A stretch of DNA of 64,000 bases, taken from the IMG/VR virus record IMGVR_UViG_3300044694_000082, positions 1 through 64,000 of that record; one strand, 5' to 3'. Position numbers and translations under genes: made by a program. Shown here in pieces: positions 29,679-39,672 of the stretch (position 1 is its first letter; every line of letters starts with the position of its first letter). The notes beneath the pieces were generated by a model. That model was not told the origin of the DNA. It ran no database searches and worked only from the letters and a program-made list of their open reading frames with translations. Source of the DNA: a virus. Lineage: Duplodnaviria; Caudoviricetes.

Positions 29679-30418
29679 TCAGTGCTTGCGTTTCCTTCGG
29701 GCACGGCGCTTGCGGGCCGTGACCTCGACGATGCGCCGGGTCCGGTGGCAGGTCTGCCTCCAGTCGATGATCCGCCGGAACTCGGCGTAGACGTCGTCGA
29801 CCATCGGCTGGGTGCGGCGGACGTACTCGCCGGGGGTCATCCAGTCGCCGGTCACGTGTCCGTCTTCTCCGGGTTTCGCAGGTGGGGCGGGAGCGGTTCG
29901 TAGTGGTGCCAGGCGCCCCACCATGCCTGGCGGAGGAACATCCAGAGCCGCTTCATGAGGAGGGTTCCGTCTGTTCTACGATCCGCAGCTCGCTCGGGCC
30001 GACGCGGAAATCGTCGAAGTTGGTGGGCCTGCCGACCCAGACCCACGCGAGGCGGTCGCCCTTGCGGCGGGGTAGGTAACGCACCTCTTGATCGAAGTGG
30101 ATCATGTAGATCTTCGCGCCCCGCTTCTGTGCCTGCAGCAACTCACGTGTCGTTGGCATGAGGGAGGCTCCTTTCTCGCTTGGTCTCACCCCAGGCAATG
30201 AACGCCCGGCCGATCTCGATGGCCTTGGCAGGGGTGAACACCTGTTCTTTCTTGCCAGGGTCCACGGTGATCGCGTGCCTGCCGAACGAGAGGATGGTCC
30301 CCGCATGACTGGTCGTGAACTCGACCTCGACCGTCTCGCCCTCTTCGATCAGCTCGACGATCTCATCGGCGGTGAGGCGTCCGTTGCGGTCGGGCATCAG
30401 AGGTTCTCCTTCCTTCAT
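29679..30418 (-). CDS. Small hypothetical genes (about 29679-29840, 29953-30159, 30143-30418)
   Basis: Short coupled ORFs; starts uncertain. Confidence 0.5.
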
Positions 30419-30729
30419 ACGTGGTTGCCTTCCCAGGCTTCCTGGCGGGCGACGGCCATGCCGTCGGAGGTGAGCTGGAAGTACCGGCGCATGGGCCGCC
30501 GCTTGCGCAGCTCAACCGGGTCTTCGTAGCGGTCGGCGAGCCATCCGGCACGCGTGAGGCGGTCGAGGATGGGGCCGACGGTGCCGGGCGGGAGGCCGGT
30601 TCTGATGCCGACCTCCCGCAGGTACATCTCGCCGTCGCCCTCGCGTTCTTCCTTCAAGAACAAGCCCAGCACAAGGCGGACTTGCAGCGTCATCTTGGGC
30701 ACTGGCTGCATGCGTGGATCGTACTCCAT
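30415..30729 (-). CDS. PadR-family winged-helix regulator
   Basis: MYLREVGIRTGLPPGTVGPILDRLTRAGWL...RRYFQLTSDG. Confidence 0.85.
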   Translation of the reverse strand: MEYDPRMQPVPKMTLQVRLVLGLFLKEEREGDGEMYLREVGIRTGLPPGTVGPILDRLTRAGWLADRYEDPVELRKRRPMRRYFQLTSDGMAVARQEAWEGNHV

Positions 30730-30751
30730 GCCGTCCGAGTTCGGACAACGT

Positions 30752-31189
30752 TCAGCGACGGTGACGGCGCTTGGACCACTTCCGGTGGCGGGGCAGGCGG
30801 CGCATGTTCAGCGGGGAGGGCGTGGTCTTCTCGACGACGGCGGCCAGTGCCCGCTCCTTGAGGGCCTTGTACTCCTCCTTCCGCGGCCGGGTCTGGGCGA
30901 GGATCGTGGCGGCCTGGTCGAGGGTGTAGCGGTAGACACGGCCTGGCTTGCGTGGCCGGACCCGCATGGTCCTCTTCTCGCCGCTGGTCTTGTCGACCAG
31001 AGAGATGACGCGGTGACGGCCGTGCACAGTGGTGCGGGTGCGGAGCTTGACCGCGGGCTGGATGCCGAGGCGCTTGCGGGTGGAGTCGACGGAGGAATCC
31101 ACGAACATCCGCACCAGCTTGGCGTCGGCACCCGTGAGGTGGACGAGGTGGGAGACCAGGGAGCGGGGGCGATTCAGAACGGCGGTCAT
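30752..31189 (-). CDS. Very basic (Arg/Lys-rich) hypothetical protein
   Basis: GACAAGGAAGG leader; 145 aa. Confidence 0.7.
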   Translation of the reverse strand: MTAVLNRPRSLVSHLVHLTGADAKLVRMFVDSSVDSTRKRLGIQPAVKLRTRTTVHGRHRVISLVDKTSGEKRTMRVRPRKPGRVYRYTLDQAATILAQTRPRKEEYKALKERALAAVVEKTTPSPLNMRRLPRHRKWSKRRHRR

Positions 31190-31261
31190 GAGACCTTCCT
31201 TGTCTGGCGCGCTAACCGTGTTAGGCTGGCGCCGGTGTCACTTTCTTTGTCGAGTAATGCG

Positions 31262-31295
31262 AAAGCCCCCGGGGTCCATGACCTCGGGGGCTTTT
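31262..31295. terminator. Bidirectional intrinsic terminator
   Basis: AAAGCCCCCGGGGTC-cat-GACCTCGGGGGCTTTT. Confidence 0.8.
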
Positions 31296-31312
31296 GTCTG
31301 CGCGGGCGGGTG

Positions 31313-31582
31313 TCAGTCGTCCGGCAGCACGTTCTTGATGTAGGGGCGGGCGTGCTCGGACACGACGTACCTGTGGCTCAGACCCTTCCTGCGGGGACGG
31401 CTCGGGTCCGACTTCTCGACCCAGCCGTGCAGTTCGAGTGCGCGCAGGTTCGTCGCCACAGCGTCGTAGGAGACTTGGGCGCCTTGCTCGATGTCCTTGT
31501 ACGAGGCGGGCTTCGGGTGCCCGAGCAGGTATCTGAGGATGGCGATCTTGTTGGCATTCAGATGGAGACGTGGCGCTGCCAT
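31313..31582 (-). CDS. Small winged-HTH (ArsR/MarR-like) protein
   Basis: SYKDIEQGAQVSYDAVATNLRALELHGWVEK. Confidence 0.75.
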   Translation of the reverse strand: MAAPRLHLNANKIAILRYLLGHPKPASYKDIEQGAQVSYDAVATNLRALELHGWVEKSDPSRPRRKGLSHRYVVSEHARPYIKNVLPDD

Positions 31583-31624
31583 GTCACCCTTCCTTGTCGG
31601 CGGTGCGATGTTTCACGTGGAACG

Positions 31625-32392
31625 TCAGGGCCAGAGGGTGGGCAGCCGAGGGATGACGGTGGACAGCCAGCCGTCCGGCTCGGCGACGAAGTGCGGTGCG
31701 TCGTAGACCTGCCAGTTAGCGAGGGCCGCCTCGTCGAGGTTGGACAGGCCGGTCGGGTCCTTCGGCCACTGGCCCGGGTACGCGACGACCCGGCCGCGCT
31801 TGAGTCCGGGGTCGAGGTCGTTCCAGTTGATGCCGTGGTTGTCGAAGAGCATCTCCTGGATCTGGTCGGTGGTCTTCCTGTGGAGCTGGGCCTGGGTGAA
31901 GTAGTGCTGGCCGAGCATCTGGATGGAGTTGCGGACGGCGTCACGCTGGCGCCAGACGAAGTAGTTCGCCACTTCCACTGGGTCGGTCATGGACCACACC
32001 CGGCAGTCGAACTGCGGTTGCAGGTTGGGGTCCATGCGCAGCCGGTCCAGCACCACCGAGGCGTAGGCCGCGGAGATCGAGGTGATCTTGTCGATCCGGC
32101 CGCCGAACCACAGCTCGGAGCTGAGGGTGTCGAAGTCGGTGAGGAGCAGAGAGATCTCGTCGGACTGGGTGTAGGCGAACCGTGCACCCTGGATCTCGCG
32201 GCACAGGGCCTCGGCGACGACGTCCATCTGCCTGACGAAGCCTCGATCGAAGGGCTTCTCAGTGTCCTTGAGGTAGGTGTGGAAGGCCCGGCCGTCCAGA
32301 CGCAGCAGCGTGTAGGAACGGCGGGGAACCTTGCGCTCGTAGGTCCGCTCATAGACCTTCATCCGGTTGCCGAGCGGGGTGTTGTCGCTCAT
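31625..32392 (-). CDS. tRNA(His) guanylyltransferase Thg1-like protein (3'-5' nucleotidyltransferase)
   Basis: RMKVYE, LRLDGRAFHTY, YTQSDEISL, FDCRV, YFVWRQRDAVRNS, GINWN. Confidence 0.93.
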   Translation of the reverse strand: MSDNTPLGNRMKVYERTYERKVPRRSYTLLRLDGRAFHTYLKDTEKPFDRGFVRQMDVVAEALCREIQGARFAYTQSDEISLLLTDFDTLSSELWFGGRIDKITSISAAYASVVLDRLRMDPNLQPQFDCRVWSMTDPVEVANYFVWRQRDAVRNSIQMLGQHYFTQAQLHRKTTDQIQEMLFDNHGINWNDLDPGLKRGRVVAYPGQWPKDPTGLSNLDEAALANWQVYDAPHFVAEPDGWLSTVIPRLPTLWP

Positions 32393-34220
32393 GGTCTCCT
32401 CTCTGTGTTTCACGTGGAACATCGCGGCCGATGTGTCGGCGGACAGCTTCGACGGCGGCCACCGCTTCTTCGTGCATCCACTTCTCGTAGGCCTCGCGCT
32501 CCATCACGACGGCGGGCTTGCCGCAGGACTTGACGTTGCGCCCGGCGGCGTGCTTCCACGTGCCCTTGGCGCCCCAGAGGTGGACGGCGCAGCCGCACCG
32601 CTGGCAGACGTAGTGACTCTGGCTGGTGGCCATGGTGTCTCCTTCACTCGTTGTCGACGATGCGATGCCAGCGCTCGATCAGCCGGTCGTTGTGTGGACC
32701 CGTGTCGGGATGCGTAGCCGACAGACGGCCCTCGATCTTGCCCATGGACAGGATCACGTCGAGCTTGCCACGGATCTCCGTCTCGCCGATGCGATCGATG
32801 GTGTGCTCAGGAATCAGCACGAGGATCGCGTCGTACAGTTCGGCGGTCCTCAGGACTCGTTGCACCTGGTTGCTGTAGTCCCCGTTCATGGCTTCCTCTC
32901 GTAGCCATCGCCACGGAGATCGGCCTTGGCGATCTTCTCGCTGGCGATGTCGATGGCGGGCATCAGGGTGTCGGCGCAGAGGTCGCCGTAGAAGTGCGGG
33001 TTGACGTCGCGTCCCAGGTACAGGCACCAGCCCGCGTCCAGGATCTTCACCAGCCGGTAGGTGAGGCCGAAGATCTCGGTCTCCCATACGCCGGAGCGGA
33101 CGGACATGGGCACGTACCCGCGCCGGAAGGTCCAGCCGAATCCGTTGTCGGCTTCGATGTACCGCTCTCCCATGTGCGTCTTGCGCTGGGCCATCACTTC
33201 TCCTTGGCCGTTGTTTCACGTGGAACATCGAGCGTGAGGGCGAGGGCGACGGCCTCCCTCTTGCTGGGCCGTGTCCTCCACGGTTCATTCGGGCTGTTGT
33301 AGGGGCGGGCGCCCCAGCGCCGGTAGTAGCTATTGTTGGGTAGATGCTTCACGGTAGCGGTGTACGTGGTGCTGCCGGTGGGCTTGATGTGGTAGGTGGC
33401 CTCTTCGGTTTCGTCGGGGTCGATCGTGTAGTCATCTCTCTTCGGCAACCGGTACATGGCAGCCTTCCTTGTCGGGTGTTTCACGTGGAACATCGGGTGG
33501 ATCATCTCGGTCAAGGGGGATGCCCCTGCCGCACCGCCACAGGGGCAGGGGCATCCGGCTTGAGGTGACGATCAGGACGGCGGGTCCTCCTCGTCGCGGC
33601 CCATCAGCCACGAGTGGAACAGCAGCCCGAGCAGCATCATGACCGCGGCGAACATCCACGCGTGATCGAGGAGACCGAGGATGACGTCCTCGGCCGTGGG
33701 CTTGACGGTGAAGGTGAACTCGCCGGACATGTCACGTCTGGCCCGGCTTGTTGAAGACCCACACGTCGTCGCTGACGTTGACGTCGCCGACGACCCAGAT
33801 CTTGGAGCCGTCCATGACGGACTGCTCGACCTGCTTCTTGCCGTGCTCGTTCAGCCAGTGCCAGCCGACCGGTCCGCAGTTCTCGTCGAGGTACTCCTCC
33901 AGCGGTTCAAGGGAGCTGGGGTAGTAGATCTCGAACTTCGCGGCCATGTCCTTGACCTGGCGGGGCGTGAGGAACGTGCCGCCGTGGAACTGCTGGGCGG
34001 CCTTCAGCGTGGCCAGGACGCCATCCTCGGCGTCGGCCCTCGACCAGGTCTCGGCCTGCCGGTAGACGTGGCGCAGGGCGTTGGCTGCGGCCCTGGCCTC
34101 CTGGTTCTTCTTGTAGACCGCGTCGTCGATGTCCTCCTCCTCCCACGGCGAGCCGCTCAGGGCGCGAAAGAGGACCAGCCAGACGGCGGGGACGGAGAAG
34201 CGGATGTCGTCGGTGCTCAT
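32349..34220 (-). CDS. Hypothetical genes: 32349-32633, 32644-32889, 32886-33197, 33194-33457, 33732-34220
   Basis: RBS/overlap pattern; parS at several junctions. Confidence 0.65.
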
Positions 34221-34264
34221 GAAGCTACCTTCCTTGTCAGCGGGGATTGTTTCACGTGGAACGC

Positions 34265-34714
34265 TCAGACATCGGCGTTCGGGAAGTACGTCTGGCCGGT
34301 CTCATAGGCGATGATCAGGTTGTCGACGCCGCCGTAGCGAGGAGTGGGCAGTGCGTCGATCGGGAACCATTGCCAGCCGCCGCACTTGTCCGGCTCCATG
34401 AGTTCCGGCGTACCGTTCCTGTAGCGGCTGATCACGCCGATGTCGATGTAGTGCTTGGGCAGGTAGTTCCTGAGGTTGGTGAAACACAGGACGCGGGGGC
34501 GTGTGGTGCGGAAGTACGGGCCGCACTCCTCGGCCAGTTCGCGCAGCGCGCCCTCCTCGGGGCTCTCGCCGTTTTCCATGTGGCCGCCGGGTGTGCCCCA
34601 CTCGCCGGGGCCGAGGGATCCACGGCGCATACCGAGGAGAACTCTGATGTCGTCACCAGACTCGTCGATGATCAGGTGGCTGATGCCCACCATGGGACGG
34701 GGGTTGTCGGTCAT
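34265..34714 (-). CDS. NUDIX hydrolase (MutT/NUDT15-like)
   Basis: PGGHMENGESPEEGALRELAEECG Nudix box; MEPDKCGGWQWF. Confidence 0.92.
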   Translation of the reverse strand: MTDNPRPMVGISHLIIDESGDDIRVLLGMRRGSLGPGEWGTPGGHMENGESPEEGALRELAEECGPYFRTTRPRVLCFTNLRNYLPKHYIDIGVISRYRNGTPELMEPDKCGGWQWFPIDALPTPRYGGVDNLIIAYETGQTYFPNADV

Positions 34715-34723
34715 GATGTCCTT

Positions 34724-37700
34724 TCAGAAGGGCGGGCAGCACAGGTGGTTGCTGCAGAAGTGCTGCTTGACCAGGCTGACCGGCGGTGGCGGGGCAGGCG
34801 GGTAGTCCGAGGCGGGCTCGGGGTCGTCGTAGAGGTAGGAGGCGTCGCTGCCGTAGTCCGGGCAGACCGGCCCGCTGTACGGGGGGAGCGTGCCGTTGCG
34901 CTCGTGGAAGGCGTACTCCGCGGAGAAGCAGGCGGGGACGCCGAGTTCCTCGGCTTCGGTCATGGTGATCGGTTGCTGGGTCATGGTCAGTCCAGGTAGG
35001 GGTGTCGGAGGCTGGGGTGGACGGCGATGGCGTCGGCCAGAGTGACGACGTTGAGTTCCGTCTCGGCACCTTCGATCAGGGCGATCAACTCCGCCCTGGG
35101 CATGCCTCGCTCTTCGAGCTGCTCGATGGTGAACTTCACGATCCAGGCATGCACCTCGGGGGTGAACTCCTCCTTGTCGAGGGACGCGCCAAGCAGGAAG
35201 ATCAGGTGCAGGCGCTCGACGTCATCCAGCTTCGACCCTGCCGGATTGGGGCCGGAGAGGCGGCGCAGCCTGTCGAGGAGGTGGCCGGGGGCGGATGATG
35301 TGATCACGAAGCCTCCCATGCGGCGATCTCCTCGGGGGTGGCGGGGATCGGCTGGTCACCCTCGTACGGCTCCCACGCCAGTTGGAACATGTAGGGCATC
35401 GTCTCGCGGCGGTACGCGGCTAGCCCGAGGGCGTTGCCCGGGGCGAACTTCGGCAGCTGGCCGTAGTTGTCCTCCCGCTCCTCACGGTCGTGGACCTCGC
35501 ACAGCGGGCTGCCAGGCTTCTTGAACTCACCGCAGTAGATCGACCACGGCAGCCCATAGGCGGTCTGGTAGCCACAGATCTGGCCGCCGCGCCACGGTTC
35601 ACGGGGCAGTGTCTTCATGATGCTTCCTATCTAGTGTCGGTGGCCGGTGTTCCGTGGCCTTCGTGATGATGGTCCGTGAAGCACAGGCCGCAGTACGGAC
35701 GGTGGCAGACACGGCAGAACTGGTCGCTGGACTTCTCACAGCCGAAGCAGGCGTCGGACAACTCGGCCACGTAGCTGGCCTTGGTGCGCCAGCGCAGGCG
35801 GCACATGTCGAACGAACAGCGGACCTCGGAGTAGTGAGAGGGCGTCCGGCGGTAGCCGTTGAACGCTGACGCGTTGTAGTTGCGCATGGTCACCACCCAG
35901 AAGGGGCGGTGACTCTGGTTGCGACAGGCGATGCCACTCATGCGTCACCGGTCCGAGGGTGGGAAGCCGCCGGTCTTCAGGTACGTCTCCGCCCACGGGA
36001 TCAGCTGCTCCATCCGCTTGATCGTCACCTTCACGTGGGTCCGGTCGGTGATCTGTCCGGCGACGACCTGGGCCGCTGCACTCAACGCGGCCTGCCGGAC
36101 CCACTGGGGGTAGGCGTCGTGGTTGCGAGACGGGATGTCGCTCACGTCGTTGCTCCTCGTTGGCAGAGACAGGCCTTGTGGATCTCAGCCAGCGCCGCCT
36201 TCCGCTCGTCGTCGGCTTTGACCGGGTCGATGTTGAAGTACTGATTCAGCGCGTTGCCGGTGGACAGGTAACCCCTCTCGGGGTGCCAGAGGGCGTACCC
36301 CTGATCAGCCGCCCAGTCGAGGAACTCGCCGATGACCTGGCCGTCTTCGCTGTGCTCGGCGATCTTGTCGAGTTCGGGAGTCTCCACGTCACCCCTCCTT
36401 CGGGCGTGCGGCGTGAAGTTCGGAGTTCTGCTTCCGGTTGTGTTCGGCGGCCTCGCGGTTGTAGGCCACCTCGTCGAGGTCGGCGAACAGGTCAGCGTCG
36501 TCGAGGGTGTTGAAGGCCTGCGCTGCGTCGCCCAGCCCCGTGATGCTGGTGTTGTCGTGGAAGCGGAGGGCGAAGCTGCGCAGGGTGGCGAGAGCCTTGA
36601 CTTGCTCTTCGAGGGTGGGCTTGGACATGTCAGTTTCCTCCTGGGTTGAGGGGCTCGGCGTGTTCCAGATAGGCCAGCAGGGAGTCCAGCTCAGCCACGG
36701 TCGGCGTGAAGAACGTGGTCTTGTGGATCGTCCGGGCTCGCCGGAATGCGTCTGTGAGGGTGAACCGCCTGCGCTTGTAGTCCGCGGGGAGTGCCGGTTG
36801 GCCGTTGCGTACGGTCAGTGTGGCGGCGTCGGTGTTGCTCATGATGAAGGGGTAGCGGGTGCTGACCTTGAAGTCGTTGAAGAAGGGCGTGGCCTCCTGC
36901 CCCTCTTGGAGGCTGGCCAGCTTAGCCGCGTCCTCGGCCGACACGACGTGGAACCACACCAGGTGCGTCGTCCCCTTCTCACGGCGAGCCGAGACGACAC
37001 GCGAGGTGTCCAGCACGCTGCGGTAGGTGACAAAGCCCGAACCGGCCGGGAGGTCTGCTGCGTAGCGGCTCAGAACCTCCCATCTCTTGATCAACTCGGG
37101 GTCCTTCAGCCGCAGGAACTTGTAGATGTACGGCCAGGCGAGCCGGGCCATGTCACTTCTCCTTCTTCGGGTCGACATAGAGGGTCGCCGTCGAGCGCTC
37201 GACGGGGTATACCATACTGGTGAGGAGCTGCTCGTACTGGTCGAGCATCTCGTTGCGTTCCGCCTCCTGCTCGGCCTTGTCCAAGACCTCGTCACCGCAG
37301 CGGTAGCCGACCCTGACGAGGTGCAGATCCTTGTCCCAGCTGCATCGGTGACCCCCGAACGCGATGTCCTTGCGGGAGACCCACGGCTTGAACCCCGCAG
37401 TGGTCAGTGTCCGGCCGATGGTAGTGGCGGGGGTGAAGGTGCCGTGCGGCCTGGTCGGGCGGTCGCTGGGCATGTCACTTCTCCTGTTCAACGGTGATGA
37501 CGTAGCCACTGGGGACGGTGCGCCACTCGCCGACGGTGCGCCATCCGGCGTCCGCCAGTAGCTCTCCAGCCTGCTTGACAGCGTCATCGTGATCGCCGGT
37601 GCGTACGTCCACGGTGGTGGTGGCGTAGAAGTACTCCCACTCGTCAGCGTTGGTGGCGTTGGTGTCGAGGACGACGACGTCGCACACATCGGTGGCAACG

Positions 37701-38280
37701 GATCCACTGTCGGTGGTGAGCCATGCATTGAAGCTCACGTCAGCTCCCCTCACTGAAGGGCGGCTCGATGAACATGACGGTCTGGTCGTCGGTGTACCAG
37801 GTGTTGGTGAGCAGGGTGCCATCGGTGCTGGCCACCCTCAGCGTGCGGTCGATCCGGAAGTAGTCCCGGAACTGGGCTGCCGCCTTCTCGGGGGTGTCGG
37901 CGACGACGGGGACGGTGAATCCGACCAGGTACCTGGGCATGTCAGCCCCTCTTGTCGAAGGTGGCGAGGTAGGCCACCGGGCTGGTGTCCGCGTCCGGCA
38001 GCCACTGAACCAGCGTGGTTGCCCAGCGCAGGTAGCGGGCCCGCCAGTTGCCGACGATGGCCCACTCGTGGTCCGGCCAGTCCATCTCGATCCCGCGCAT
38101 GAGGCCCATGGCGAAGGTCCAGGGGTCCTCGTCGTGGTCGCCCTCGGTGATGGGGGTGTGCATCTGCTCGGGGTCTTCGAGTTCGTCGACCAACTTGATT
38201 GACATCAGCTGGACGCGGCCCTTGACGGTGCCGTCGATGTCGGCCAGGCGCGGCCGTGCGTGTCCTGTCTTGGTGAGCAT
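34724..38280 (-). CDS. Run of small hypothetical genes: 34724-34984, 34987-35319, 35304-35618, 35627-35941, 35945-36145, 36142-36387, 36389-36628, 36630-37151, 37153-37473, 37475-about 37738, 37740-37940, 37942-38280
   Basis: Head-to-tail ORFs with 0-10 nt gaps and purine-rich RBSs. Confidence 0.7.
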
Positions 38281-38506
38281 GGGTGTCACTCCTCGTTGCT
38301 GTCGGCCATCTCGTCGAGCTGCATGATCAGCTCGGCAAGCTGGGCGTTGGTGATCTTGCGGGTGTACTGCACGTGGTCGCGGTCGTCGGTCCAGTAGTCG
38401 AGGGTGACGTCGATCAGGTCGTCCATGGTGGGGCGTCCTTTCAGGTCGGGATATGGGAGGACGCGCCCGCGCGGCGAGAAGCGCGGACGCGTCCGGTCTT
38501 ATGGTG

Positions 38507-38764
38507 TCAGGTCGTACTGACAGTGGGTGCTGCTTCGTCCTCGGGCAGCAGCTCCCTGACGTGCTTCCACGTCTCCCGCTGGATGACGGCTCGGCAGGTG
38601 CTGTACTCGATGCCGTACTCAAGGCCGAGATTGAGGATGCTGATCCTCTCGGTCTTGTACCGAAATCGAATCTCCCGCACCTTCTCCTCGGTCAGTTTCG
38701 CCCGGCCGTGTTTCTCGCCCTGGTTGTACGACCGGCGCTTGCGCTTCTCCACCAGTGAGTCCAT
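38507..38764 (-). CDS. Stand-alone HTH of the type found at the C-terminus of phage HNH endonucleases
   Basis: NQGEKHGRAKLTEEKVREIR...LGLEYGIEYSTCRAVIQRETWKHV. Confidence 0.7.
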   Translation of the reverse strand: MDSLVEKRKRRSYNQGEKHGRAKLTEEKVREIRFRYKTERISILNLGLEYGIEYSTCRAVIQRETWKHVRELLPEDEAAPTVSTT

Positions 38765-39192
38765 GACTCTTCCTTGTCTGTCGTGCGTGGAAGCAGTCTG
38801 CTCACTCCATCGTCATGGCGTCCAGCCACTGGGCGGCTGGCATCCCGTCGAGGTACCAGTCGCCATCGCCGGTACCGGTGAAGTCCTCCAGTTCCAGGTC
38901 GAGTTCGTGCTTGGCAGCCTCGGCGATGAACTGCTCGCGGGTGGTGAGGTGGGCGTAGGGGCGCTTCGGACAGCCCTGCATCCGCGCGAAGGCCCCGTAG
39001 GTGTTGGTCGCTCCACAGTCGGTGCATCTCCAGAGGGTGAGGGCCATGCCCCGCTGCCCCTCCTTCATGCCGGTGTCCTCGCAGCGGTGGCCGCAAATGT
39101 TGGTAGTCATGGTGTCCTTTCCTCGTGACTCCGGAGGGGCCACCGTGCGAGACGGTGACCCGTGCTGGCGCCACGATGTTTCACGTGGAACA

Positions 39193-39633
39193 TCAGCGGC
39201 AGGCGACGCGCTTCCACGTCAGCTGCGTGCCACCGGGTCGGCCGTCGGCGTCGACCAGGGAGATGACCCACTGGCCGCCCGCGGTGCCGCACTGCTGGCC
39301 GATGGCGTCCACGCTGACCGGCACCGCGGTGACGTTGAGCTGGTAGCTCTTCGCCTCGGCGACCAGGGCGTCATGCATCTGCCGCTGGGTGTATCCCGAG
39401 TGCGTGATCTGGTGGACGAGGGTCTTGCCGCTGGGCTCGGTCCAGGCCCCCTCGCGGTGGCCGTCGAAGGTGCGGCCGTAGGAGTGCTGGAGCTGGACCT
39501 TACGGCACAGGGTGCGGTCGGCGGAGGCGACGCGGTTGCAGTCGTTGTTGCTGCTGGCGCCGACGGCGACCGGAACAGCCACGCCGATGAGCAGAGCTGC
39601 GGCGGCGATGGCGGTCAGGGGACGGTTGATCAC
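39193..39633 (-). CDS. Putative secreted protein with four Cys
   Basis: Signal peptide VINRPLTAIAAAALLIGVAVPVAVGA; flanked by parS on both sides. Confidence 0.7.
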   Translation of the reverse strand: MINRPLTAIAAAALLIGVAVPVAVGASSNNDCNRVASADRTLCRKVQLQHSYGRTFDGHREGAWTEPSGKTLVHQITHSGYTQRQMHDALVAEAKSYQLNVTAVPVSVDAIGQQCGTAGGQWVISLVDADGRPGGTQLTWKRVACR

Positions 39634-39672
39634 AGGTAATTCTCCTTGTCGTTGTTTCACGTGGAACATGGG

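Noticed and set aside
3166-32533. Long plus-strand ORFs (3166-5166, 8869-10458, 10770-12092, 17045-18562, 18613-20148, 30554-32533 and others)
   Set aside because: Antisense shadows of recognisable minus-strand genes, expected in high-GC DNA; no motifs or RBSs.
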